DNA of 64,000 nucleotides from Mustelus asterias (taxonomy: Eukaryota), in NCBI RefSeq assembly GCF_964213995.1, contig NW_027591794.1:1-64000 (forward strand), given 5' to 3'. The notes beneath the pieces are model-generated. The model was not told the DNA's origin and did no database searches. It saw only the letters and a list, made by a program, of their open reading frames with translations. Every line of letters starts with the position of its first letter. The stretch's first letter is position 1. Of the stretch, positions 33,144 to 43,789 are shown in pieces. The position numbers were made by a program, and so were the translations under genes.

Positions 33144-34375
33144 TTTCTTTTTGTTTATTACAAATACGTTAATACAAAACAATTACAAATACACAAAGAA
33201 CAAATGTGAAAAAAATACATTACCAATGGCTAAACGCCATCCATTTATCAGTTACTACCTTCCATTTCGGAAGGGTTCATCGTCAATTACAGTTTTCCAG
33301 GGCATTGCCCTCAAAATACACCTCCATTTACAAATCATAATCTACAAATCTACAAACATTAACACAACACTACAACTGTACACAACAAAAAAAATAAACA
33401 CTGAAGCATAAGGGCACCGTCCCCTGGGTTTGTCCACCTGCCGGGGGATGCAACCCTCCAGTGGTACTCACATCCGGGGGTTACACCTTACGGATGTTCA
33501 GCCGGAGGGGGGAAATGGGGGAAACCACCCCGCCTACTCAATCCGGAATCCCTTCCGGAATTTCAGCCGGGGCGGTGGGAGAGTCTCTCCAGGGTACTCA
33601 GTTCAGGCCTGCCTTCCCAATTTTTCTCCCGGAGAATAAAAATCCCTCTGGTGTTACTATGTCCGGGGCTTCACCACCCAGAACTTTCCCCAAGTGGATG
33701 TCACACCCCCCGGGGGTGACTTTATCCAGGGGGGGGGATGCCCCCCAGGCCACAAATAACGCAAGAAAATAGACGGGGGCCGGAACAAACCACCAACTAC
33801 CATAACAGGAAAACCACATATTACAATAACAAACAATCCATGAACAACCATACAATTGTGAAACATTTCGGAGACATCGCCTTCCAGAGCTTCGCCCATC
33901 AACATTCCACCGTCCGAAGTCGACAACGCTCAACTACAGTCCTCCAAAGTCCACCACTCCGGGCCAGATCTTCCAAAATCACACTCACTGGGGCTGCACC
34001 GTCTGGGGTCACACCTTCCGCGGCTGAACCTTCCGAAACCATAGTTCCCAAATGGCTCCTCCCTGGCTTGGGCCCTCCGAGACTGCATCCACCCGGGCCA
34101 CGCCTTTCAAGGCACAGGAATCCCAGCGAGAGCAGCATTCAACAAGCCCCAGCCGAAACAAAAAGTTCTTGCACAAGTCACGAACCCAAGCACTTGGAAC
34201 AGAAACTTCACGCCGACCAAGGCGTTCCTCCCAGCGGCCACATTTCCAAAAGCTCACCGCAAGGCGCGCATTAAGCCCGCCTTGAACTCCTTATCCTCTG
34301 CCCGCCCCCTGCCTGGAGCACACCATACTGGCCAACACGCAAAGCGAACGGCCAATATGGTGGACTGGCTGGACA
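33144..34375 (-). mobile_element. Probable 5'-truncated Tx1-like LINE with long structured 3'UTR
   Basis: Minus frame LNARLAVSFWKC...RREVSV...FRLGLVECCSRW weakly resembles Tx1 ORF2 C-termini; GU-rich spacers; AATAAA (33159-33154) followed by caaaaagaaa. Confidence 0.45.
33252..33750 (-). other. Array of hairpins, five carrying a UGAA...AGUA motif
   Basis: Motif copies at 33252-33279, 33454-33509, 33524-33576, 33590-33611 and 33647-33682; G-U pairs and a GGGA tetraloop favour the minus strand. Confidence 0.6.
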
Positions 34376-34389
34376 ATCCAATCTTTCCC

Positions 34390-35140
34390 ACTCACAGAGG
34401 TTGGAGACAGGAGGAAGATTGAATCTATCTGAAGCTCAATCTTTGTTCAGAGAGAGGAGGAGGATGAGCAGCAGTTTGTTGGACAAACAATGGAGGAACA
34501 TTCGTGCAGCCATTGACACAAGGCCCGGACTCTGACTGGCTGGAGGACCAGGGCTGATCCGGTCCTCCACGCATTGCCATTGGTCAATCTGCCGCATGTA
34601 GACAATAAGGGGCGGAACCCGAGCCCACGTGGGGGTGGGCGGGGCTTTGACCGCCAGCCGCACTGAGCTGGTGTCCAATCCGCAGTGTGCTGCTTCTGTA
34701 ACCAGTGATATTGCTGCCAATGGGACACTGCGTGCTGGGAACGCCCCTCTGAGTCATTGTGACGACTCAATCCAACAGCAATCACTCTGCTCCGCGCCAA
34801 CATCCTTGGATCCCAGTGCGCAGGCCCGGACGCCCGGACATGGGAGCCCCGACCCCACCCTTTGTACCCCCCTCCCCCGGCACCTCCTCGAGCCAAGGTT
34901 TCCAGGCACCCGGCCCTGAGGGAGAGGGGAAACTGCGCATGTGCAGGGGAGAGCCCGCCCCCTGACCTTCACGCTGAGGTGTTGACCAATGGGAAGAATT
35001 GGAGGACCGGAAGGACTCTGGTCCTCCAGCCAATCACAGGACGGGCTTTGTGTGAAAGAAGATTGCGCTTCAGACTGACTGAAACTTCCTCCTGTTTGTT
35101 TATTTGGTTTGACCTTAAAAGAGGCCAACATCTGTGAGTA
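34390..35140. promoter_or_regulatory. CpG-island bidirectional promoter with first exons for ZNF-C (minus) and ZNF-D (plus) (P4)
   Basis: Donors gtgagt at 34395-34390 (minus) and 35134-35139 (plus); tgcgcatgtgc, several CCAAT and GC boxes. Confidence 0.75.
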
Positions 35141-35214
35141 AAACACTTTCTTTTCTCCCCCTTTCCATTTCTTTTCTCATTCTGGGGGAAATTGGGGACT
35201 TGCAGCAACTGATC

Positions 35215-36510
35215 ACAAGAAATAGAAGCAGGAGAGGCCACCAGGCCCTTCAAGCGACCCTGCCATTCAGAACAATCCTGGCTGATCGATGCCGGCCTCC
35301 TTTTGTGAGCCATTTCCCCATCGCCCTCTATTCCTCAATCTATCAAATATTTATCCACCTCCATTTTAAATATTTCTAATGATTCAGCCTCTACCATCCT
35401 TTGGAGCAGAGAATTCCAGAGATTCACCACCCTCAGCGAGAAGAAATTTCTCCGCACCTCAGTTTTAAATAACTGGCCCTTTAACTTCATAGAAACATAG
35501 AAACCCTACAGTACAGAAAGAGGCTATTTGGCCCATCGAGTCTGCACCGACCACAATCCCACCCAGGCCCTACCCCCATATCCCTACATATTTACCCGCT
35601 AATCCCTCTAATCTACGCATCCCAGGACACTAAGGGGCAATTTTAGCATGGCCAATCAACCTAACCTGCACATCTTTGGACTGTGGGAGGAAACCGGAGC
35701 ACCCGGAGGAAACCCACGCAGACACGAGGAGAATGTGCAAACTCCACACAGACAGTGACCCAAGCCGGGAATTGAACCCAGGTCCCTGGAGCTGTGAAGC
35801 AGCAGTGCTAACCACTGTGCTACCATGCCGCCCCTTGTAGCGTGTTCTCTTCCTCTCGTGAAAATATCTCACCATCTACTCTATCAAGCTCCCTCAGGAT
35901 CTTATACAGATTTACAGATGCACCATAGCAAGCATTCTTTCTGGTTGTATCACAGTTTTAATGTGGCTCCTGCTCTGCCCAAGACCGCAAGGAACTACAA
36001 AATGTCGTGAATGTAGCCCAATCCATCACGCAAACCAGGGCCCCCCATCCATTGACTCTGTCTACACTTCCCACTGCCTTGGCGAAGCAGCCAGCATAAT
36101 CAAGGACCCCACACACCCCGGACATTCTCTCTTCCACCTTCTTCCGTCGGGAAAAAGATACAAAAGTCTGAGGGCATCTACCATAAAAAGGCATTTCATA
36201 GAAACCCTACAGTGCAGAAAGGGGCCTGCTGCTGTCAGACTTTTGAATGGACTTACCTTGCATTAAGTTGCTCTTTCTCTACACCCGAGCTATGACTGTA
36301 ACACTACATTCTGCACTCTCTTGCTTCCTTCTCTATGAATGGTATGCTTTGTCTGTATAGTGCGCAAGAAACAATACTTTTCACTGTTTGTTAATACGTG
36401 CGACAATAATGAATCAAATCAAATTATATGTTTGAATAAAGTCATCCTCACTCTTCTAAACTCCAAGGAACACAGACCCAGACTATTTAGTCTCTCGAGA
36501 CAGGACAACT
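35215..36510. mobile_element. Nested cluster: minus CR1 3' end containing HE1 (35487-35833, minus) and Rex1/Babar (35905-36422, plus)
   Basis: HE1 complete; Rex1 SIIKDPTHPGHSLFHLLPSGKRYKSLR. Confidence 0.8.
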
Positions 36511-37054
36511 CTATTTGTTCTGACCTCGCTGTCCAGGACAGGAAGCAGTGAGCATGGATCTGTCATTCATCCTGAATCAGCACCATCAGGAGTGTTGGGT
36601 GGCTGAATGTTAGATCCGGCAGCGTGAGAATGGAGGGACAATGTGTGGGATGGAGATTTACAGATTTTCATTAATGACAGAGGAAAGGATGTTCCCATAG
36701 AAGCGAGAATTGTCTGTTCTGACTGTGATGTTTTTTGTAAATTGTTTTTAAAGGATATCAGAAGAGGAGGAATCACAGACAGAAATCTCAAATGTCACAT
36801 CTCGATCTGACAGAGTCACGATCTGTCGGCTTTAAAAGATTTCAAACATCAGTGTGATTGGAAAAGCACCGAGACACACACACACCTGAGTGAGAGTGTT
36901 CCAGTGAACTGACTGTGGAAAGAGCTTGAACCAGTGACACAGCCTGAAGAGATATCACACCATTCACAAAAAAGAGCAACTGTACCTGTGTTCTGTGTGT
37001 GGATGAAGCTGCAACTGATCGTCCAACCTGGAGAGACACAAGGACACCAGCACC

Positions 37055-38068
37055 ATGGAGAAACCATGGAAATGTGGGGACTGTGGGAAGGAATTCAGGT
37101 TTTCGTCACAACTGGAAATCCATCAGCGCATTCACACTGGGGAGAAGCCATTCACCTGCTCTCAGTGTGGGAAGGGATTCACTCAGTCATCCCACCTGCT
37201 GACACACCAGCGAGTTCACACTGGAGAGAGGCCATTCACCTGCTCTCAGTGTGGGAAGGGATTCACTCGGCTATCCTTCCTACAGTGCCACAAGAGAGTT
37301 CACACTGGAGAGAGACCATTCATCTGCTCTCAGTGTGGGAAGGGATTCACTCAGTCATCCCACCTGCAGACACACCAGCGAGTTCACACTGGAGAGAGGC
37401 CATTCACGTGCGCTGAGTGTGGGGAGGGATTCACTCGGCTATCCTTCCTACAGTCCCACAAGCGAGTTCACACCGGGGAGAAACCGTTCACCTGTTCTCA
37501 GTGTGGGGAGGGATTCACTCAGTCATCCCACCTGCGGATACACCAGCAAGTTCACACCGGGGAAAAACCGTTCACCTGCTCTCAGTGTGGGGAGGGATTC
37601 ACTCAGTCATCCCACCTGCGGATACACCAGCAAGTTCACACCGGGGAAAAACCGTTCACCTGCTCTCAGTGTGGGGAGGGATTCACTCAGTCATCCTCCC
37701 TGCTGATACACCAGCGAGTTCACACCGGGGAGAAACCGTTCACCTGCTCTCAGTGTGGAAAGGGATTCAGTTATTCATCCCACCTGCGGGTACACCAGCG
37801 AGTTCACACTGGGGAGAGGCCATTCACCTGCCCTCAATGTGGGAAGCGGTTCAGTGATTCATCCCATCTGCGGAGACACCGACGAGTTCACAGCGGGGAG
37901 AGGCCGTTCACCTGCTCTGTGTGTGGGAAGGGATTCACTGATCCATCAACCCTGCAGAGACACCAGCAAGTTCATACTGGGCAGAAGCCATTTATCTGCT
38001 CCAAGTGTGGGAAGAGATTCCCTCTCTCATCCCAGCTGCTGACACACCAGAGAGTTCACACTGGGTAG
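37055..38068 (+). CDS. ZNF-D: C2H2 protein, 12 fingers up to an in-frame TAG
   Basis: accATGg MEKPWKC; stop replaces the linker Glu (ggg-TAG-agg). Confidence 0.88.
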   Translation: MEKPWKCGDCGKEFRFSSQLEIHQRIHTGEKPFTCSQCGKGFTQSSHLLTHQRVHTGERPFTCSQCGKGFTRLSFLQCHKRVHTGERPFICSQCGKGFTQSSHLQTHQRVHTGERPFTCAECGEGFTRLSFLQSHKRVHTGEKPFTCSQCGEGFTQSSHLRIHQQVHTGEKPFTCSQCGEGFTQSSHLRIHQQVHTGEKPFTCSQCGEGFTQSSSLLIHQRVHTGEKPFTCSQCGKGFSYSSHLRVHQRVHTGERPFTCPQCGKRFSDSSHLRRHRRVHSGERPFTCSVCGKGFTDPSTLQRHQQVHTGQKPFICSKCGKRFPLSSQLLTHQRVHTG

Positions 38069-38569
38069 AGGCCATTCACCTGCTCCGTGTGTGGGAAGGG
38101 ATTCACCATGTCAGCCAATCTATTGAGACATCAGCGGGTTCACACTGGGGAGAGGCCATTCACCTGCTCTCAGTGTGGGAAGGGATTCAGTGATTCATCC
38201 GCTCTGCAAATACACCAGCGCATTCACACTGGGGAGAGGCCATTCACCTGCTTTCAATGTGGGAAGGGATTCAGTCAGTTATCCAACCTGCAGATACACC
38301 AGCGAATCCACACTGGGGAGAGACCATTCACCTGCTCTCACTGTGGGAAGGTCTTCTCTTGGCTTTTCAAACTGCAGACACACCAGCAAATCCACACTGG
38401 AGAGAAACCGTTCACCTGCTCTCAATGTGGGAAGATATTCAGTGATTCATCCTCCCTGCAGAAACACTGGCGAGTTCACACAGAGTAGGGGTCGTTCACC
38501 TGCTCTCAACGTGGGAATGGAATTGCTTACTCATTCCATCTGCTGAGACACCAGCGAGTTCACAAGTGA
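38069..38569 (+). pseudogene. Five intact plus one decayed finger downstream of the ZNF-D stop
   Basis: ORF 38087-38488 is in frame with 37055; second TAG at 38486-38488, then a frameshift; family stop/3'UTR at ~38567. Confidence 0.8.
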
Positions 38570-39035
38570 TTCCAGGGTTTGGATTCTGCTGTTATTGTTT
38601 CTGCTCTCACTTATGTCCAGGACTGCATTTTGTTCATTCTCTCAGTTGGTCAACGGGGAGAGTCAGAGGGTTTCTTTCTGCTGGACTGGCCGGACTCACG
38701 GCTTTGCCTCCAGTGGGCTGATGATCTTTGAGCCTGGGAGAGCACATTTCTTGTCTTCAAATTTCACAAGGATCACAAGAGTGAAGCACGTTTGTCAGTT
38801 CAAAGATATTTCATTCGTAATTCTGTTTGGAACCCCACTGAAGTATGTGACATTGCCATGGAGATGGGCTGTGGTACTTATATGGTTCTTTTGTTTAATT
38901 TATCGGGATGTTTCTCACAGAAGAAAACTAATATATGAGATCCTGTATCTGAGATGGATTGGGAAACTGCATCAAAAGGTATAATAGGAGACAGGTAATA
39001 GCTAATATTTCAGGGATTATTATATGTTGATGAGA

Positions 39036-39260
39036 GGGTCAGTTAGCTCAGTTGGCTGGATGGCTTGTTTGTGGTGTGGAGTGGTACCAACAGTGCAGGT
39101 TCAACTCCCGTACTGGCTGAGGTTACACACAAATGCCCCACCTTCTCAACCTTGTCCCTCATTTGATGTGTGGTGACCCTCAGGTTAAACCACCACCGGT
39201 CAGCTCTCTCTCAAAGCGGAGATCAGTCTGTGGTCCTCTGGGACTTTGACCACTTTCATT
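39036..39260 (+). mobile_element. tRNA-derived SINE (non-HE1 family)
   Basis: A-box tagctcagttgg, B-box ggttcaactcc, then a non-tRNA body. Confidence 0.6.
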
Positions 39261-39289
39261 TCACATATATATAACAAATATAGATTCCT

Positions 39290-40560
39290 TTAAGGAACAA
39301 AAATCCAATGGGAAAAGTGAAGCAACTATGGCTTACAAGAAAAGTTAAAGATTCAATTAGATCCGTGGAAGAGACTCAAAGTGGCCAAAATATTCATAAG
39401 GCCAAGGATTGGGAACTTGTTTTAGAATTCAACAAAGAAGGACCAAGAAACTGATAAAGAAAGAGAAAATTGAATATGAGTGCAAACGAGCGAAACATAA
39501 AAACTGATTGAAAAAGCTCCTATCGGTATGTGAAAAGGAAAAGATTCACAAAGACAAATGTGGGTCCATTCCAGGCGGACACAGGAGAGTTTATAATAGG
39601 AAATAGGAAAATGGCAGAGAAACCAAACAATGTGTCTGTGGAGATAGTGGATACACTGGTGGTCATCTTTCCAAATTCTATAGATTCTGGAATGGTTGCT
39701 GCAGATTGGAAGATGGAAAATGTAACCCCACTGTTTAAGGGGAGAGAGAGAAAATGGGAACCACAGACCTGTTAGCCTTAAACTGTTTTCCCTCAGTAGG
39801 AGGGAAAATGCTACTATCTATTATAAAGGATACTCTTGGACACCCAGATTCCTCTGAATCTCAGAGCTCTGCAATTTCTCACCATTTAGATAATAAATCT
39901 TTTATTCTCTCAGCCAAATTTGACAATTTCACATTTTCCCGCACTATATTCCATTTACCATATCTTTTCCCACTCACTTTTCTGCATCACTTTGTATCTC
40001 CTTACCACCTCTTCACGACTTACTCTCCTGCCTATCTTTGTATCATTGGAACATAGGAGCAGGAGCTGGCCATTCAGCCCATCGAGCCTGCTCGACCATT
40101 CAATCCAATCAGGGCTGAACATCCACTTCAAGGCCTTTTCCCCCACACTATCCCCATATCCCTTTGTGATATTGGTATTTAGAAATCTATCAATCTCTGC
40201 TTTAAAAACACTCAATGACTGAACTTCCACAGCCCTCTGGGGTAGAGAATTTCAAAGATTCACAACCCTCTGAGTGAACCCGAACAGGTGCGGAGTGTGG
40301 CAGTGAGGAGATTTTCACAGTAACTTCATTTCAGTGTTAATGTAGGCCTACTTGTGACAGTAATAATGAACTTTTAAAAAATAAATATCTCCCCTGAGAC
40401 TGGACCTAAGTGGATTCCCCTTTATTTGGAAATTGTGTCTCCTGGTTCTCGACTCCCCAGGGAAAACATCTCATCTGCACCTCCCCTGTCTATCCCTTTA
40501 AATATTTTGTAAGTTTCAATGAGATCACCTTTCATTCTTTGAAACACCAGAGAATGCAGA
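39290..40560. mobile_element. Decayed CR1 fragments on both strands
   Basis: KTNVGP, DWKMENVTPLFK (plus); FKAEIDRFL, RMKGDLIETYKI (minus). Confidence 0.75.
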
Positions 40561-40564
40561 CTCG

Positions 40565-41101
40565 GCAAGCCCAGGCAAGTCGTGGGGATTACAGATAGTG
40601 TGACATGGACCCAAGATCCCAGTTGAGGCCGTCCTCGTGTGTGCGGAACTTGGCTATCAGTTTCTGCTCGGAGATTCTGCATTATCGTGTGTCTTGAAGG
40701 CCGCCTTGGAGAACGCTTACCCGAAGATCAGAGGCTGAATGCCTGTGAGTGTTCCCCGACAGGAAGAGTACACTCCTGCCTGGTGATTGTCGAGCGGTGT
40801 CTTTTCATCCATTGTTGTAGCGTCTGCATGGTCTCAAAATCTCACTAACTGTCCTGGCTTGAGACAATTCACACCTCTTTAACCTGTGCTTAACCCTCTC
40901 TCCACTCGCATTGTCTGCACCTGTAAAGACTTGATTACCTGTTAAGACTCACATTCCAACCATTATCTTGTAATTGAGTTTGTGTCTGTATATGCCCTGT
41001 TTGTGAACCCAATTCTTCACTCACCTGAGGAAGGGGCTGCGCTCTGAAAGCTTGTGCTACCAAATAAACCTGTTGGACTTTAACCTGGTATTGTGAGACT
41101 T
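40565..41101. mobile_element. Penelope-like fragment in inverted arrangement, hammerhead-like motif ~41022-41056
   Basis: Minus GIY-YIG tail 40565-40830, then plus pseudo-LTR with cacCTGAGGAaggggctgcgctctGAAAgcttgtg. Confidence 0.8.
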
Positions 41102-41104
41102 AAT

Positions 41105-41428
41105 GATGCCGAGGAAATACGGCATGTCTGCCATGACTCTCACCAACTTTTACAGATGCACCATAGAAAGCATTCAAGTCTGAGATCACGTACCAACCGA
41201 CTCAAGAACACCTTGTCTGCTGCCATCAGACTCTTGAATGGACCTATCTTGCATTAAGCTGATCTTTCTCTTCACCCTAGCTATGACTTTAACACTATTT
41301 ACTGCACATTCTCCTTTCCTTCTCCCTGATGTACTCTATGAACAGTATGTTTTTTGTCTGTATGTTGTGAAAGAAACAATACTTTTCACAGTATCCCAAT
41401 ACAGGTGATAATAATAAATCAAATCAAA
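41105..41428 (+). mobile_element. Rex1/Babar-like 3' end (internally deleted)
   Basis: LTNFYRCTIESI joined to RSRTNRLKN; aataataaatcaaatcaaa tail. Confidence 0.75.
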
Positions 41429-42074
41429 GACGTTACCACTGAGTCACCTTCTTCCCTAATTGGAGGAGGGCAGGGAGCTCGGAGGTTGTGGGGCTGGTGG
41501 AGGTTCCAGAGACTGTCTATCATGGAGAAAGTGGCTGCCTCCATGGAGCTTCAAGCACGGCTCTGACTTGCCTCCAAGCAGGTCATGACCATAAACTGTA
41601 AACTTCCAGCCCTTGTCCATTGTTACATCCCGAGGACCAGCTCCCCCTCTCTCTGGCTTTGTGCTGATTGTCGATCCGGCTGGGAGCCACTGGGTGGATG
41701 AGTGGGTGAAGGAATGTTCAGTGAACATGAAGGGGGTTGTGTCTGATTCCCCATTTTTGTTCTGTTCACTTTTCCAATATTTATTTATTTTCATTTTTAA
41801 CCGAAAGATATTCAAGTTGTAACACTGAGATCCAGAGGAGTTTAAATCTGTTAAAATCAATCCCATCCTGTACACAGGAGGACTGGACTGGCCCCAACTT
41901 TTTATGGTATCAATAAACACAGATCTTACAAGATGTTTATCGGGGGAATTGTTTTTCTGTGAGACCAGGGACAGTCAAACTCTGTCCCAAAGTTCAGATT
42001 AGAGCCTTGAGCCTGGGCTATGGGGCCACACACATGGAGCCCCGTTCCCAGATGTCCTTTCCCAGTTGTCCTTC

Positions 42075-42310
42075 ACCCATGATTTAAATCACTCCACCAT
42101 TGGTGGCCGTGCCTTCAGCTGCCTGGACCCTAAGCTCTGGAATTTCCTCCCTCAACCTCTCCACCTTTCCACTTCACTTTCCTCCCTAAAGACTCTCCTT
42201 ATAACCAATCTCTTTGGATCATCTGACGCAATATGTCCTTTTGTTCCTGTGTAACTGCTTAGGATATTTTATGTGAAAAGCACTACATTAATATAAGTTG
42301 TTGTTGTAGT
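42075..42310 (+). mobile_element. L2-like LINE 3' end
   Basis: STIGGRAFSCLDPKLWNFLP; tail ataagttgttgttgt. Confidence 0.75.
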
Positions 42311-42592
42311 TCAGTGAAATCTGATCACTTACTGAGTGAGTGAGTTTGTATAAATGTAGCTCAGATGGACACAGTTTGTTAGAACAGACCTGGGGAGAAG
42401 GAAGCTCTGACCTAACCACTGGACCTTTTGTTCCAACTTGCTTTTACACCCTGAAGCTAAATGTTTTCCAGTCACACTGGCTGTCTACAGAATAAATCTG
42501 AAATTTTAAACACCCCCCCCCCCCCTCCTTAAATAAGAAAAAAAAACAATATAAATACATTGATATCAACTGCATGGCTATCATTGCAACAT

Positions 42593-42770
42593 TTTTTTAT
42601 TCATTTGTGGGATATGGTCGTCGTTGGCTGGCCAGCATTTATTGCCCATCCCTAGTTGCCCTTGGTGGGCATTTAAGAAACAACCACATTGCTGTGGCTT
42701 TGGTGTCACATGTAGGCCAGACCAGGTAAGGACGGCAGATTTCCTTCCCTAAAGGACATTAGTGAACATA
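42593..42770 (-). mobile_element. SINE 3' half (same family as 50181-50528)
   Basis: Reverse complement of ttcactaatgtcctttagggaaggaaatctgcc... Confidence 0.7.
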
Positions 42771-43015
42771 CATGCAGATATAGGAATTAGGAGGAGTCAG
42801 CTACTTGGCCCCTTGAGTCTGGCCTACCATTCAATAAGATAATGTCTGATCTGATTGTAACCTCAACTCCATATACCCACCCACCCCGATAAATTTTCAC
42901 CCCCTTATTTATTGTTACGATCCTTGACCAGACCCCGGGATGTGAGGGGAGATCCAGTTAGGGACAATAAACACTTTGATTGAAATAATGGTTGCGATTC
43001 AAGACACTTGACAAG

Positions 43016-43327
43016 TGGCACGGTGGCACAGTGGTCAGCACTGCTGCCTCAGCACCAGGGGCCCCAAGTTCGATTCCCGGCTTGGGTGACTGTCTGTGTG
43101 GAGTTTGCGCATTCTCCCTGTGTCTGTGTGGGTTTCCCCCGGGTGCTCCGGTTTTGTCCCACAGCCCAAAGGTGTGCTGGTTAGGTGGATTGGACATGCT
43201 AAATTGCCCCTTAGTGTCAGGGGGACTAGCTAGGGTAAATGCATGGGTTATGGGGATAGAGCCTGGGTGAGATTGTGGTCGGTGCAGACTCGATGGGCTG
43301 AATGGCCTCCTCTAGGGATTCTATGAG
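43016..43327 (+). mobile_element. HE1 SINE
   Basis: Head, core and tail present. Confidence 0.85.
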
Positions 43328-43379
43328 TCTAACAAGTGAATAAAGGCACAAGATTCCACAGATTCTGGAGCAGGACTGG

Positions 43380-43570
43380 AGGGGGCACTCCGCTCCCTCT
43401 CGGTCCTCCAGCCCGCCCCTCATTCACTCTAGTTGGTTGGAGGACCAGCCGCTCCCGCTTGGTCCTCCAGCTGCTCCCTCTCGGCTCTCCAGCCAACCAG
43501 CGAATCCTCTCTCTTCATTGTTGTGGAATCATAACCTGGAGCAAAGGCCCAACTGAGAAAAGGTGATTAT
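43380..43570 (+). promoter_or_regulatory. Partial P2/P6-family promoter, probable exon 1 of ZNF-E
   Basis: cccgcccctcattcactct..ttggttggaggaccagccgctcccgc is the inverse of 15555-15603; possible donor aag/gtgatt ~43562. Confidence 0.5.
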
Positions 43571-43789
43571 TTCTGGATATTTAAAATCAGTAATAAAGTC
43601 ATTAAAGTTGATTTGTTGTTGTGAGCTGCATAATTTGTTGGGATGAGAGTGAAGGAATGGACCAACAGCCTGAGTCACCAGTTTAAGGACAGGAGGAGAG
43701 AGAATCAGACTGAATCTGGAGCAATGAGCAGAGAGGGACAGGAGTGTGTGGGACACAGTTACAGATCTGGGGAAGTATATATGGGGGAA

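Noticed and set aside
33454-33611. CUGAA...UGAG read as SECIS quartets, C/D K-turns or hammerhead cores
   Set aside because: Helices too short and no correctly placed AA for SECIS; two of the five copies lack the 3' GA; no CUGANGA/GAAA core; GAA/AGUA is the only common element
33738-34274. 178-aa plus-strand ORF
   Set aside because: Low-complexity S/P/T composition, antisense to the strand carrying the poly(A) signal; no recognisable motif
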